Shown here: in pieces, positions 1-8,736 of the stretch
Numbering within the stretch: position 1 is the stretch's first letter
Layout of the letters: each line of letters starts with the position of its first letter
Virus genome (UHGV): UHGV-1710763
Length of the DNA stretch: 28,122 nt
Reading direction: 5' to 3' (one strand)
DNA from: a virus
Program-made: the position numbers and the translations under genes
The notes under the pieces: model-generated
What the model was told of the DNA's origin: nothing
The model's input: the letters and a program-made list of their open reading frames with translations, nothing else
Database searches by the model: none

Positions 1-257
1 ACTTCGAACTGACCACGCTTTTACAAATTGCAACTGACAAAGAAGATGTAGCACTGTTTCACCGTATTGAAAGCGATTTGTTCAATGGTAAAATCATCAA
101 AGAGTCTTACGAAGTTGTCGGATTCAAAGACGGTAAAGCGTTCGGATTCTTTGACCTCGACAAAGGCAAAGCGGTTACAAAATATGATGTTTTATCTTGT
201 GAGATTCTGACAAAATACAACGAAAAAAGACTTGCAACATACGCCAACATGCAGTAA
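1..257 (+). CDS. 3' end of a gene truncated by the window edge (hypothetical protein)
   Basis: Frame 3 is open from the window start to TAA at 255-257; no start codon inside the window. Confidence 0.4.
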   Translation, partial: FELTTLLQIATDKEDVALFHRIESDLFNGKIIKESYEVVGFKDGKAFGFFDLDKGKAVTKYDVLSCEILTKYNEKRLATYANMQ

Positions 258-323
258 ATTACTAATCAACGGGAGGCGATAACCTCCCCACTAAATAAAA
301 CCCTTAAACTAGGAGATTCAAAA

Positions 324-572
324 ATGGCAACTATCCGCGCTACTGTCAATGCCTATGGCTGTTATACTCTGGACGTTAAATTCGATATTGGTGGAACTGA
401 TGAGTGTTTTTCATTAGTGAAGACAGTTATCAAACAAGTTATTCCAGATTATAACCCTACTGATGACTTCTGGAAAGATGCTGTAAAAGAGGCATTAAAC
501 GACGAGCATCACTATCATTACTGGGGTGACTTGATTGTTTCCCTGTACTACAATAAACAAGGTTACAACTAA
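324..572 (+). CDS. hypothetical protein (82 aa)
   Basis: ORF-track ORF; AGGAG ribosome-binding site at 311-315, ~8 nt before the ATG; followed by a terminator. Confidence 0.55.
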   Translation: MATIRATVNAYGCYTLDVKFDIGGTDECFSLVKTVIKQVIPDYNPTDDFWKDAVKEALNDEHHYHYWGDLIVSLYYNKQGYN

Positions 573-610
573 TCGACGCAGCGGGGCTAAATAGCCCCAG
601 ATACCTCAAC

Positions 611-632
611 AGCCCCTCATAGGGGCTTTTTT
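611..632 (+). terminator. Rho-independent terminator
   Basis: Stem AGCCCCT / AGGGGCT with a 3-nt loop followed by TTTTTT; a second GGGGCT-AAAT-AGCCCC hairpin lies at 583-598. Confidence 0.6.
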
Positions 633-1095
633 ACGTCTATCCAATCCTTATACAATCCCTTTCCCTCACCTTTCCAGAATCTTATCAGACCTTAAAAGCA
701 ATAACTCTATAGTCTACGCTATAACCTCTTATCAAATCAACTTAAATATAAGCCCATAACCCGAAAGGGAAGGGCAACCGTTTAAACGCTCTATAAAGCT
801 CTATAACAGCCTTATCAACCTAACTTAAGGGATTGCATTAACTCACCCTAAAAAGCCCTTTATAAAGCTTCCCAGAGACTTAAAAGAATCTTATAAGGGT
901 GTAAGCTTTATCGTCTCGTTAGTATTCTTGTGAATATCTAAAAAGGCTTGATAGTGTCTAAAAAGTATGTTATAGGGGCTATAAAGTTACTTTGAAGTAG
1001 CTTAAAAGTTACGTAAAAGAGGCTATAAAGTTACGTAAATGCTAGCCCCCTTAACATTTTCTTAACAATTTCTTAACAATCCCTACATAGTTATG

Positions 1096-1620
1096 CTTTT
1101 AAGGCACTTGTTAGCAACTTGTTAAATCTCTGTTAAGACCACGTAAAAGCCTTGTAAGAGTCTTTGACATAGCCTTAAAAGCTCCTGTAAAGCCCTATAA
1201 AGAGTTATCTGTACAGTTGAGGGGTAAATACTAGGAAGAGACTTAAAAGAGGCTATAAAGAGCTATAGAGGGCTTTTAAGAGGTATGTTTAAAGAATCAC
1301 TAAGAAGCAAAGGGAACGATAAGAAAAGAGATAGTGACCATGTTAATAGCTTGATAAAAAGATTAAACACTTGTTAGAAACTTGTTAATTATCTTAACAA
1401 AATAACTCTTAACATTTAACTACTTAGCCCTTGTTAGTCATTTGTTTAGATTCTGTAAAGCCTATTCAGCACTTGTTAGAAAACTGTTACGCCCTTGTTA
1501 GTTCTGTTAAGAATCTGTTAAGACCTTTGAAGAGTTGTTAAGAAGATGTGAGAACTGTTAAGAGATTGTTAAGGATATTTTAAAATTTTGCAAAGTACTT
1601 GTAAGGGAGCTGTTAAGGGC
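1096..1620. repeat. array of CTTGTTAG / CTGTTAAG / TTGTTAAG octamers (15 or more copies, irregular spacing)
   Basis: For example acttgttagcaacttgttaaatctctgttaag (1107-1137) and cttgttagttctgttaagaatctgttaagacc (1493-1525). Confidence 0.65.
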
Positions 1621-1985
1621 TACCAAGCAGATATACATCATGAGGTAGATTCTACCGAATCAACTAGACAGATATTTTTGAGTTCCTTCAAAGACCCTAA
1701 AAAATGACTTGACAGTCCTATTTTATAAAAATTTTAAGATTCTGAATAATTACCTATACAGTCTTTTAAAAATACAGGTAGAAACAGGCTTATAAGATAC
1801 CTTGTTAGTACCGTGTTAGACCTTGTGAGATAAGGTCTGTAAAGATATTCCTGTTAAGTTTGTTAAAACAGTCTATATAGAGGCTTAGTAGTACCTAGTG
1901 AACACCTATAGAGAGTGTCATAGCTAACCTAGAGATTAAGAGGTGTATAGGAGCTTCTAAGAGGGTATAGAGAGATGGTTAAGAT

Positions 1986-2080
1986 GATTGTATAGGTTGT
2001 TTAGAAGGCTTGTTAGAAGAGTGTTTAGATGGCTATTTAGAAGGGCTATACAGAGGGCTATTAAGACCACTAGATAGTTA
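1986..2080. repeat. tandem ~12-bp iteron-like repeats (GNNTGTTTAGAA x4, then GGGCTATACAGA / GGGCTATTAAGA)
   Basis: ggttgtttagaa|ggcttgttagaa|gagtgtttagat|ggctatttagaa|gggctatacaga|gggctattaaga read in register. Confidence 0.6.
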
Positions 2081-2213
2081 CTAAGATACTATATAGTACT
2101 ATATAACTATATATAGAGAGTAAGATTAAGAAGGTTGTTAAGAAGGATAGATATTTTATTCACATATGATGGTGACCCAGAGGTTGGGACAACCGATAAA
2201 ATTTTATAAAAAT

Positions 2214-2238
2214 TAAAAAGCCCCCAATTAAGGAGGCT
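2214..2238 (-). terminator. Rho-independent terminator ending the leftward operon
   Basis: Minus-strand reading AGCCTCC-TTAATT-GGGGGCT followed by TTTTT, 12 nt past the stop of the 2250..2468 gene. Confidence 0.55.
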
Positions 2239-2249
2239 CTTAAGATATT

Positions 2250-2468
2250 TTAAATCAGTGTTTCCAGAACTGTTTTCAATGATGACTTGGTTGTCTGATA
2301 AAAATGAGTGAACCCATTATTGTTATCGAATATCTGCATCATGATATCATCTCCCTTGATTGGGTACACTACACCAGTGGTGTCAACATCAAAGACCTTC
2401 ACAGAAGTAAGTGGTTTCTTTGTTTTAGAGCAGTAAACTGTCAATCTTTTACCAATAAGCTCTTTCAT
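2250..2468 (-). CDS. hypothetical protein (72 aa)
   Basis: ORF-track ORF, last gene of the leftward operon. Confidence 0.5.
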   Translation of the reverse strand: MKELIGKRLTVYCSKTKKPLTSVKVFDVDTTGVVYPIKGDDIMMQIFDNNNGFTHFYQTTKSSLKTVLETLI

Positions 2469-2520
2469 TTCGCTACCTTCTAAGTTTCTACAAAGGGGCT
2501 ATCAAGTAACCCCTAAGTTA

Positions 2521-2745
2521 TTACTCAGACTTTTCAGTCTTCTTGTCGGATTTCTTACTAGTCTTCTTCTCAGCTTTCTGTTCAGGCTCCTTCTCAGAAG
2601 TTGCCTTAATAACCATATCAAGAAGCTCTGATAAGTCACTCTTCAGCAAAGTAACAGGCTGCTCGTTGTAGAAGTTTTTGTCAAGATAAACTTTGAACTC
2701 TTCTATAGAAGGAAATCCAAAAATTGGTACAGGTGTCTTAATCAT
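2521..2745 (-). CDS. hypothetical protein (74 aa), Lys/Glu-rich C-terminus
   Basis: ORF-track ORF, same strand as neighbours. Confidence 0.5.
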   Translation of the reverse strand: MIKTPVPIFGFPSIEEFKVYLDKNFYNEQPVTLLKSDLSELLDMVIKATSEKEPEQKAEKKTSKKSDKKTEKSE

Positions 2746-2821
2746 TGTTTAGTCTCTCCATAGGCATCTTTTAAGATTGCCTTGTTAATCATTTCAGCGA
2801 TTGCAAAACGAACACATACAG

Positions 2822-3325
2822 CTATAATTGTAGGTTGCATTCTTTACTTACCTCTTCAAGTTTAACTTCAGAGTCCTTAAGTCGTTTCTTATGAACTCTG
2901 AATCTTAGTAGTGAGATTATGATACCAGCTAAAGGAACAGCATACAAGTACCAAACATCATATACCTTTGCAGTAATCTGTGTAATAGTCAAGTCTTGAG
3001 CTATGTAGCTGATTGCTGATACGGCTAGTAATGTTGCTAAGAAGAAAACCAGTATCATAGCAATATTCAGACAACCTCTGGCATGGTATTCATGCTTAAT
3101 GCACTTATTCTTCTCTTCAACAACACTGTTGTAGTCATTTGTAAAGTCTCTGTAGAAAGCTTTCAAGTATTCTTGAGTGTAGCCTTCAAAGCAACCTGTA
3201 CCATACCAATAATCACCACCAAAATGCGCTATGATACCGGTATCCCCATTTGGTTTGGTTACTCTCAAAGAGGTGTGATGACGAGTATCTTGATAGTCTA
3301 TTTTGTATCTTTCTTCATAAATCAT
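2822..3325 (-). CDS. putative membrane protein with two hydrophobic helices
   Basis: Hydrophobic segments IAMILVFFLATLLAVSAISYIA and VWYLYAVPLAGIIISLL in the translation. Confidence 0.5.
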   Translation of the reverse strand: MIYEERYKIDYQDTRHHTSLRVTKPNGDTGIIAHFGGDYWYGTGCFEGYTQEYLKAFYRDFTNDYNSVVEEKNKCIKHEYHARGCLNIAMILVFFLATLLAVSAISYIAQDLTITQITAKVYDVWYLYAVPLAGIIISLLRFRVHKKRLKDSEVKLEEVSKECNLQL

Positions 3326-3540
3326 TTTCCAATCCCTCTCAATCGTTTATTCCACTCAAGGTCAACAAGTCTTTGCAGGACTTTCCCTCTAGGTGTTACA
3401 CCTTTTAAATCTGCATCGTAGCAACGGTAAAAGTCACCTTCAGCGTGTTTACCGTAGCATTTTCTGATATTCTGACTCCTACGATATTGTTCTAATAGGG
3501 ACAGTTTGTAGTAATCTTCAACTGTAGTTAGTTTTTTCAT
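3322..3540 (-). CDS. hypothetical protein (72 aa)
   Basis: ORF-track ORF; 4-nt start/stop overlap with the downstream gene. Confidence 0.5.
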   Translation of the reverse strand: MKKLTTVEDYYKLSLLEQYRRSQNIRKCYGKHAEGDFYRCYDADLKGVTPRGKVLQRLVDLEWNKRLRGIGK

Positions 3541-3612
3541 TTTTCACCACGCATCTTCTTAAGAAGCTAAAAAGGGAACTACCTCTCGATAGCTCCCATT
3601 ATAGTCAATATT

Positions 3613-4203
3613 TTATACTCGGCAAGAGTACTTCTTAGGCATTAATGCACTGCGTTTGCTACTTTCTTCACTCAATAGTGCGATAAAGTCATCACCTTTA
3701 CCTTTCCACGGGCTGAATGAAGGGATATGCTCACGAATAGCCTCAATAACCGTCTTAAGTGCTGTATTTTTCATCCACCAATCAGAATCTGCTGATGCCA
3801 CTACGTAGTATCCACCTTCATCAGTCAGAATTGGCTCTGAGATACATGGAGAAATCAAAGTTGTGATGATTGAACCATTGTTCATGTAGTATGTACGCTT
3901 AATAACCTTTTCAAGAAGCTTGTGTAGGTCACCAAACAGTGTGACAAGCTCTTTATGGTCAATGTCTTTTTCGAGGCTTGCTCGATACTTCAATAGTGCA
4001 GCATCAACTTCTCTGTCATTGAATTTGAAGTATTGTACTTCATCAACAAGGCAAACACTGATATTGTTGACATTCATAGTCAACTTACAGACTTTTGCAG
4101 GAGAATTGATACTTGGTTGAAAAAGTGCAACACAACCTTCAATGTTCCCAAAATGTTGGACTAGTGTTACTTGTGGGGTAATATTCTGTTGCTCTTCGGA
4201 CAT
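3613..4203 (-). CDS. hypothetical protein (196 aa)
   Basis: ORF-track ORF, operon context. Confidence 0.55.
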   Translation of the reverse strand: MSEEQQNITPQVTLVQHFGNIEGCVALFQPSINSPAKVCKLTMNVNNISVCLVDEVQYFKFNDREVDAALLKYRASLEKDIDHKELVTLFGDLHKLLEKVIKRTYYMNNGSIITTLISPCISEPILTDEGGYYVVASADSDWWMKNTALKTVIEAIREHIPSFSPWKGKGDDFIALLSEESSKRSALMPKKYSCRV

Positions 4204-4547
4204 TACAGTTTCCTCATTAAATACTTTTTAAGTTGTGTGTTAGGTTTCTCAAAAACTTCTATAGAAGATATCTTGACAGATTCACCACGCATACCTGTAT
4301 GTTTGAATATATAGTACTCTAGCATTCCTATATACTTTGCTGGCAAGTCATGTTTGACATACACCGTTACAGAATCTTCAAATTCAACAACCTTTGTACC
4401 ATCTTTGTAGTTAAACTCTTTAGGATAGTTGTAGTTGTCGATGTCGTACATTAAAAAGAGTCTTTTCCGTTGCATGTCAAGCTTATTGGTTAAAGACTCT
4501 TTGATATCTGAGAAGTTTTTGTACACTATGACGTGGAGCTTACTCAT
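4203..4547 (-). CDS. hypothetical protein (114 aa)
   Basis: ORF-track ORF, abuts neighbouring genes. Confidence 0.5.
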   Translation of the reverse strand: MSKLHVIVYKNFSDIKESLTNKLDMQRKRLFLMYDIDNYNYPKEFNYKDGTKVVEFEDSVTVYVKHDLPAKYIGMLEYYIFKHTGMRGESVKISSIEVFEKPNTQLKKYLMRKL

Positions 4548-4833
4548 CGTTAAACTCTCTGACGAAGAAATAGTTGACTTTATTATTACCTACCATAAGG
4601 TCAAAGCAGGTGTTCTCAAAAGGCTTGTTGTAGGCATCATATGAAGTGTACGTATCAGCTACTTGCTTAGTAGTGAGCTTTTTACTTGATGGACTTAAGA
4701 GGCCACCATACAGTTTCTTGATAGCCTCTTCTACAACAGACCAGATAATTTCGTCAGTAATTTCTTCGTACAGGTCAAGTTCACGCTCTAGTGAGAAGTC
4801 ACAAATAGGGAAAACAACCTGTACTTTACTCAT
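4540..4833 (-). CDS. hypothetical protein (97 aa)
   Basis: ORF-track ORF, overlapping coupling with neighbours. Confidence 0.5.
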   Translation of the reverse strand: MSKVQVVFPICDFSLERELDLYEEITDEIIWSVVEEAIKKLYGGLLSPSSKKLTTKQVADTYTSYDAYNKPFENTCFDLMVGNNKVNYFFVREFNDE

Positions 4834-5222
4834 TAACGAATCACCTGTGAGACTTGAATTGCTTCAGTTACTGACAAGTCACCTACTTTCTCTTCTTTGA
4901 TAAATGTGAAGGTAAGTTCAACAGGCTCTTGCTCTTCTTGCTCAACTGGAATGCCATTAAGCTCATCTCGGATTGATTGAGTTGTCCAGTCTTCTCCACC
5001 ATCTGGATAATGGATGGCGTAAAGAGGAAACTCCATATCATACCAGCCAAATACAGGGCAACCATCTGCATCATCTCGCATTCTGCGAAGGGTGCTACCT
5101 GAGCCTGTAAAGCGAAGACTAATATTTCCATTACACTCAAAAATCACTGCGTCGGCAAGTCCAACATCTTCTCGACCATCATGGCCAAAAGTGTCAACTT
5201 TTACTTGAATCTCTTTATTCAT
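4833..5222 (-). CDS. hypothetical protein (129 aa)
   Basis: ORF-track ORF; preferred over the overlapping 4883..5140 frame because it tiles with its neighbours. Confidence 0.5.
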   Translation of the reverse strand: MNKEIQVKVDTFGHDGREDVGLADAVIFECNGNISLRFTGSGSTLRRMRDDADGCPVFGWYDMEFPLYAIHYPDGGEDWTTQSIRDELNGIPVEQEEQEPVELTFTFIKEEKVGDLSVTEAIQVSQVIR

Positions 5223-5613
5223 AAAAACCTCTCTCTGCTTGTTCGATTTTTGCTCTTAAAACTTCACATCGTTCTATGTGATATCTGGCCTCATGCTCAT
5301 GTGTTGCCAAAGTCCTTTCAAGAACTGTTTTATAGTAACTCGCAAGCTGCTCTCTTGTCAAGGGGTGTTCTGAAATAATATCAAGGCCGCTTTCACCCAG
5401 AGTATTAAACTGCCCGTGCTCATTTACATGGTAAGTTTCAAACTTGAACAGACCGTTGTTAGCAGATTCAATAGGTGAGAGTTCAGCCAACTCAACAGTG
5501 AACATTGTGTGCACCCTATCACCAACTGTAACAATGTTACTACCAATGATTCTCACCATTGAGCCATTGCGAGTGTACTTAAAAGTTCCAAAGTCACTAG
5601 CCCAAAGTTTCAT
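5215..5613 (-). CDS. hypothetical protein (132 aa)
   Basis: ORF-track ORF. Confidence 0.5.
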   Translation of the reverse strand: MKLWASDFGTFKYTRNGSMVRIIGSNIVTVGDRVHTMFTVELAELSPIESANNGLFKFETYHVNEHGQFNTLGESGLDIISEHPLTREQLASYYKTVLERTLATHEHEARYHIERCEVLRAKIEQAERGFYE

Positions 5614-5664
5614 AGTTTTCTCCTTAGAAAATAAAAAAGGCTCCCGAAGGAGCCTATGAAGATA

Positions 5665-6129
5665 TTACTTTGGGTATACACTGTCAAGATAAATGTCAGC
5701 TTCCATTCTACGTCTGTTTTTCAGGCCGTTTGAAGTGACCTTCTGACCTTTGACTGTAACCTTGTTCCACCACTGCATAGCTTCTGCACAACCTACCTTA
5801 TTACCAGCGTTGTGGCGCTTGATAAATGTAGAGTCCTGCATAGCTGTGATACCAATGTTGTATGTTTCACTTACAAGTGCATCAAACTCGTTCTGAGAAG
5901 TTGGAACCTTGATAGCTTTGTTCACTGCTGCAACGAACTTTTCAACATCTGCGAGAAGATACTGTTCAGCTTGTTCAGCGGTAATCTTCATACCCATCTT
6001 AACAGGCTTCCCACCAATACGAATTGTCCCATACCCAATTGTGGGGATTCCAGCAGAATCTTCGTAAGCCTCAAGCTTAAGACCTTCAAAGAACTTAATA
6101 GCTTCTAATCCTTTTCTTGAGAGTTGCAT
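5665..6129 (-). CDS. phage lysozyme / endolysin, glycoside hydrolase family 24 (T4 e / lambda R type)
   Basis: Translation carries the GH24 signature FEGLKLEAYEDSAGIPTIGYG (catalytic Glu, Asp, Thr spacing); size of 154 aa is typical. Confidence 0.8.
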   Translation of the reverse strand: MQLSRKGLEAIKFFEGLKLEAYEDSAGIPTIGYGTIRIGGKPVKMGMKITAEQAEQYLLADVEKFVAAVNKAIKVPTSQNEFDALVSETYNIGITAMQDSTFIKRHNAGNKVGCAEAMQWWNKVTVKGQKVTSNGLKNRRRMEADIYLDSVYPK

Positions 6130-7262
6130 TATGCCCCTCCTACTGGGTTAACTGTAACTGTTGCCGCATTAGATGTTACAGAGCCACCTGCACCAGTAAC
6201 TACACAAGTGTAGCTTCCTGCATCAGCAGTGGTTGCACCTTCTTTGGTGTAAGTTGCAGCAGTTGCATCGAGGATGTCTTCCTCACCTTTCTTCCACTGG
6301 TAACCTGTTGCACCTGTTGCCACAACATTCAGTGTTAAAGTCTCACCTTCAGTGATTTCTTGATTGGTTGGCTGTTGAGTGACTACCGGAAGTGCGTTAA
6401 CAATAACCGTTGCAGGGCTAGAAGTGACAGAACCACCTGCACCTGTTACAACGCAAGTGTATGAACCTGCATCTGCTGGCAGAGCACCAGACTTGCTATA
6501 GGTAGCATTTGTCGCTGAAGGAATGTCAGAGCCATCTTTCTTCCATTGGTAACCAGTTGCACCAGTTGCAGTAACTGCTAAGTTGATGTTTCCACCTTCA
6601 TTAATAGTCTGGTTAGAAGGTTGCTTGGTAATCACAGGTAGTGCGTTCACAGTCACTGTTGCTGCATCTGAGGTAACACTTGTTCCACCCTCTCCAGATA
6701 CAACACAAGTGTATGAACCAGCGTCAGAAGGTGCTACTGACTGTTTTGTGTAAGTTGCAGAATTGGCACTAGGGATATCCTCACCATCCTTCTTCCACTG
6801 ATATCCAGTGGCGTTAGTTGCTAGAATGCTTAGAGTAAGTGTGCCACCCTCATTGACTGTTTGACCTGTTGGTTGCTGAGTAATTGCTGGTGGCTTAATA
6901 GCATCCTTCAACTTAGCATTCAACATTGAGAACGGCTTAACTCTTGCCAACCATTCACAGTAAATTGTGTCAACATCTTTACCATTGATGATTGCATACT
7001 GCAAATCCATGAAGAAATCAGCAGTTCTCATCTGTGCACCAACACTGTAAAGCAATTCATCACTAAATGGAACTTTGTAGTCTGGTTTGTAGTCAAACTT
7101 CTCAACTTCTGCAATATCAGCTTCAGGCCAATATGAACTATAGGTAAGTGGTAAAATAGCCTCTTGATATGTTCTAAAATCATATCTCTTACCAGCCTTT
7201 ACATTTGCAATGAAACCCTTCACAAACTCTTTGAAGTCTGGGTAAGTCTTTGCTTTAATCAT
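6129..7262 (-). CDS. protein with an N-terminal domain of unknown function plus three tandem Ig-like (I-set type) repeats
   Basis: Three ~85-aa repeats each ending in the motif DAGSYTCVV(S/T)G and containing ATGYQWKK. Confidence 0.65.
   Translation of the reverse strand: MIKAKTYPDFKEFVKGFIANVKAGKRYDFRTYQEAILPLTYSSYWPEADIAEVEKFDYKPDYKVPFSDELLYSVGAQMRTADFFMDLQYAIINGKDVDTIYCEWLARVKPFSMLNAKLKDAIKPPAITQQPTGQTVNEGGTLTLSILATNATGYQWKKDGEDIPSANSATYTKQSVAPSDAGSYTCVVSGEGGTSVTSDAATVTVNALPVITKQPSNQTINEGGNINLAVTATGATGYQWKKDGSDIPSATNATYSKSGALPADAGSYTCVVTGAGGSVTSSPATVIVNALPVVTQQPTNQEITEGETLTLNVVATGATGYQWKKGEEDILDATAATYTKEGATTADAGSYTCVVTGAGGSVTSNAATVTVNPVGGA
6140..6900 (-). repeat. three tandem ~255-bp coding repeats (Ig-like domains) inside the 6129..7262 gene
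   Basis: Near-identical DNA blocks encoding the repeated Ig-like domain. Confidence 0.6.
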
Positions 7263-7573
7263 TTCTTTTTAGCCTCTAAATGTGCGTTTAGTCTAAAATA
7301 ACCTTTGTGATGCGGAGATACATCACCAACAACAATACCTTTAACCTTATAGCCTTTACCAATTACATACTGGATATCCATAAGGAATCTTCCAAGACCA
7401 ACAATATGGAACATTGGATATAATAGATTCTCAGAATCTGGAATATTGATTTCAGGTTTGTAGGTGCGTTGTTCGCTTGTTGGTGTAATATCTTCTTCAG
7501 GCCATTTACTGAGTCTCCATGTCAAAGGTGTTGGGATAACATCATTAAGGTTGTACCTTTCACCATTTTGCAC
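7259..7573 (-). CDS. paralogue of the N-terminal domain of the Ig-repeat protein; N-terminus apparently frameshifted (possible pseudogene)
   Basis: Shares PLT..WPE.DI...YKP...LLY...F.MD.QY.I with the 6129..7262 product; track ORF starts with GTG, while an ATG at 7629 in another frame encodes MKAKSAKDF, matching MIKAKTYPDF of the paralogue. Confidence 0.5.
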   Translation of the reverse strand: MQNGERYNLNDVIPTPLTWRLSKWPEEDITPTSEQRTYKPEINIPDSENLLYPMFHIVGLGRFLMDIQYVIGKGYKVKGIVVGDVSPHHKGYFRLNAHLEAKKK

Positions 7574-7676
7574 GGAATTGATATAGGATTGTAGGAAGCA
7601 ATAAAGTCTTTTGCACTCTTAGCTTTCATTAAATATCCTTATAAATAGTTAAAGGGGCATCAGCCCCTATTCACAC

Positions 7677-8267
7677 TTAAGCTTTGGTCTTAAGTAGGTT
7701 CTTAAGTTTTTTAAGATTCATACTCTCATCAAACTTAAAACCAAATCCATTGACATAATCAATGAACTCGGATTTCTTACTGAGTGACAATGCGTAACTC
7801 ATATCAAAGTTCTTACTTGTTTCTGCGTCTGGACTAGAGTTCACATCAAATGAAATTTCTGTAGGCTCTTGCTTACTTTTCCTCATATTATCAACCAACA
7901 AACATGTATAGTTTGCTGGATAGAAGTTTACACTACCATCAACGTAGCTGTACTTATTATTATGGATAAGGTTGGAAAATACCTTAAGGAATGTTTCTGA
8001 GTCGTGGCAAACAAGTTTGAATTGGCTGCTCTCTCCAAGCGCAACTAATGAGTACGGACTTTCACTATCAAAGTCATAATTTGGATTCGATGCCGTCACT
8101 GTTACACGCATCAAGTTATTAGCAATAGTCTTCTGTTTAAAAGAATTTTGAACATAGTGAAGACCTCTATCACACTGATTGACTAGCTCTTTAAGTAGGT
8201 CATTTGCATATGGTGAATTAATTGATACAGAGCCATCACTATTGTAATTAAAACTTACTGTTAACAT
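7677..8267 (-). CDS. hypothetical protein (196 aa)
   Basis: ORF-track ORF. Confidence 0.55.
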   Translation of the reverse strand: MLTVSFNYNSDGSVSINSPYANDLLKELVNQCDRGLHYVQNSFKQKTIANNLMRVTVTASNPNYDFDSESPYSLVALGESSQFKLVCHDSETFLKVFSNLIHNNKYSYVDGSVNFYPANYTCLLVDNMRKSKQEPTEISFDVNSSPDAETSKNFDMSYALSLSKKSEFIDYVNGFGFKFDESMNLKKLKNLLKTKA

Positions 8268-8494
8268 TTTTCAGTTCTCCTGCGATTTATGATTTTGCTG
8301 CAATAGAGAAACGAAGTAAACTCACTGGAAGAAACCATTAAGTGTTGTTCACTAGATTGAGCCATTGCCCTGAAATACATTCCAGTCAAAGCATCATAGT
8401 GACTATTCTTTCCAATTGAGGTTATATAGCCATGACTCTTTGCAGTTTGATATAAATCTATAATATCTGCGATTTCTAATTGGGAACTACACAT
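8261..8494 (-). CDS. hypothetical protein (77 aa)
   Basis: ORF-track ORF. Confidence 0.45.
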   Translation of the reverse strand: MCSSQLEIADIIDLYQTAKSHGYITSIGKNSHYDALTGMYFRAMAQSSEQHLMVSSSEFTSFLYCSKIINRRRTEKC

Positions 8495-8658
8495 AGATAA
8501 TCCTCTTGTCTTCTGTAATTTTGAAAGAACAGGTACAGACCAATTTCAGAGGATGAATAGTAGATTGACTCTACCCTTTTTGATTCCTTACAGTGATTGG
8601 TATTCTTACCTTTCTTCGGTTTATTTGATTTTCTCATTAAGTCTCCTTTGTAGAACAA
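8476..8658 (-). CDS. hypothetical basic protein (60 aa), first gene of the leftward operon
   Basis: ORF-track ORF. Confidence 0.4.
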   Translation of the reverse strand: MFYKGDLMRKSNKPKKGKNTNHCKESKRVESIYYSSSEIGLYLFFQNYRRQEDYLCVVPN

Positions 8659-8736
8659 GGCAGACCTACAGCTTTAAGTAAGATGGTACAGTAATCCATA
8701 CAACAAGTCAAGAACTATTGCAAGTTAAAAAAGTTG

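Larger units (their letters stand above)
640..2240. repeat. ~1.6 kb non-coding region dense in short degenerate repeats (CTTAAAAG / CTATAAAG / CTTATAAG, CTTGTTAG / CTGTTAAG, 12-bp tandem units)
   Basis: No ORF of 60 aa or more in the track; many recurring 8-12-mers read directly; bounded by convergent terminators at 611-632 (+) and 2214-2238 (-). Confidence 0.7.

Noticed and set aside
1096-2120. Possible CRISPR array
   Set aside because: The repeats are 8-12 bp, degenerate and irregularly spaced, with no 25-40-bp identical repeats separated by unique spacers; not CRISPR-like.
3083-3421. 112-aa plus-strand ORF (and other plus-strand ORFs between 3900 and 6340)
   Set aside because: Antisense to the tiled leftward operon genes, including the lysozyme and Ig-repeat genes; hydrophobic or low-complexity translations typical of antisense frames.
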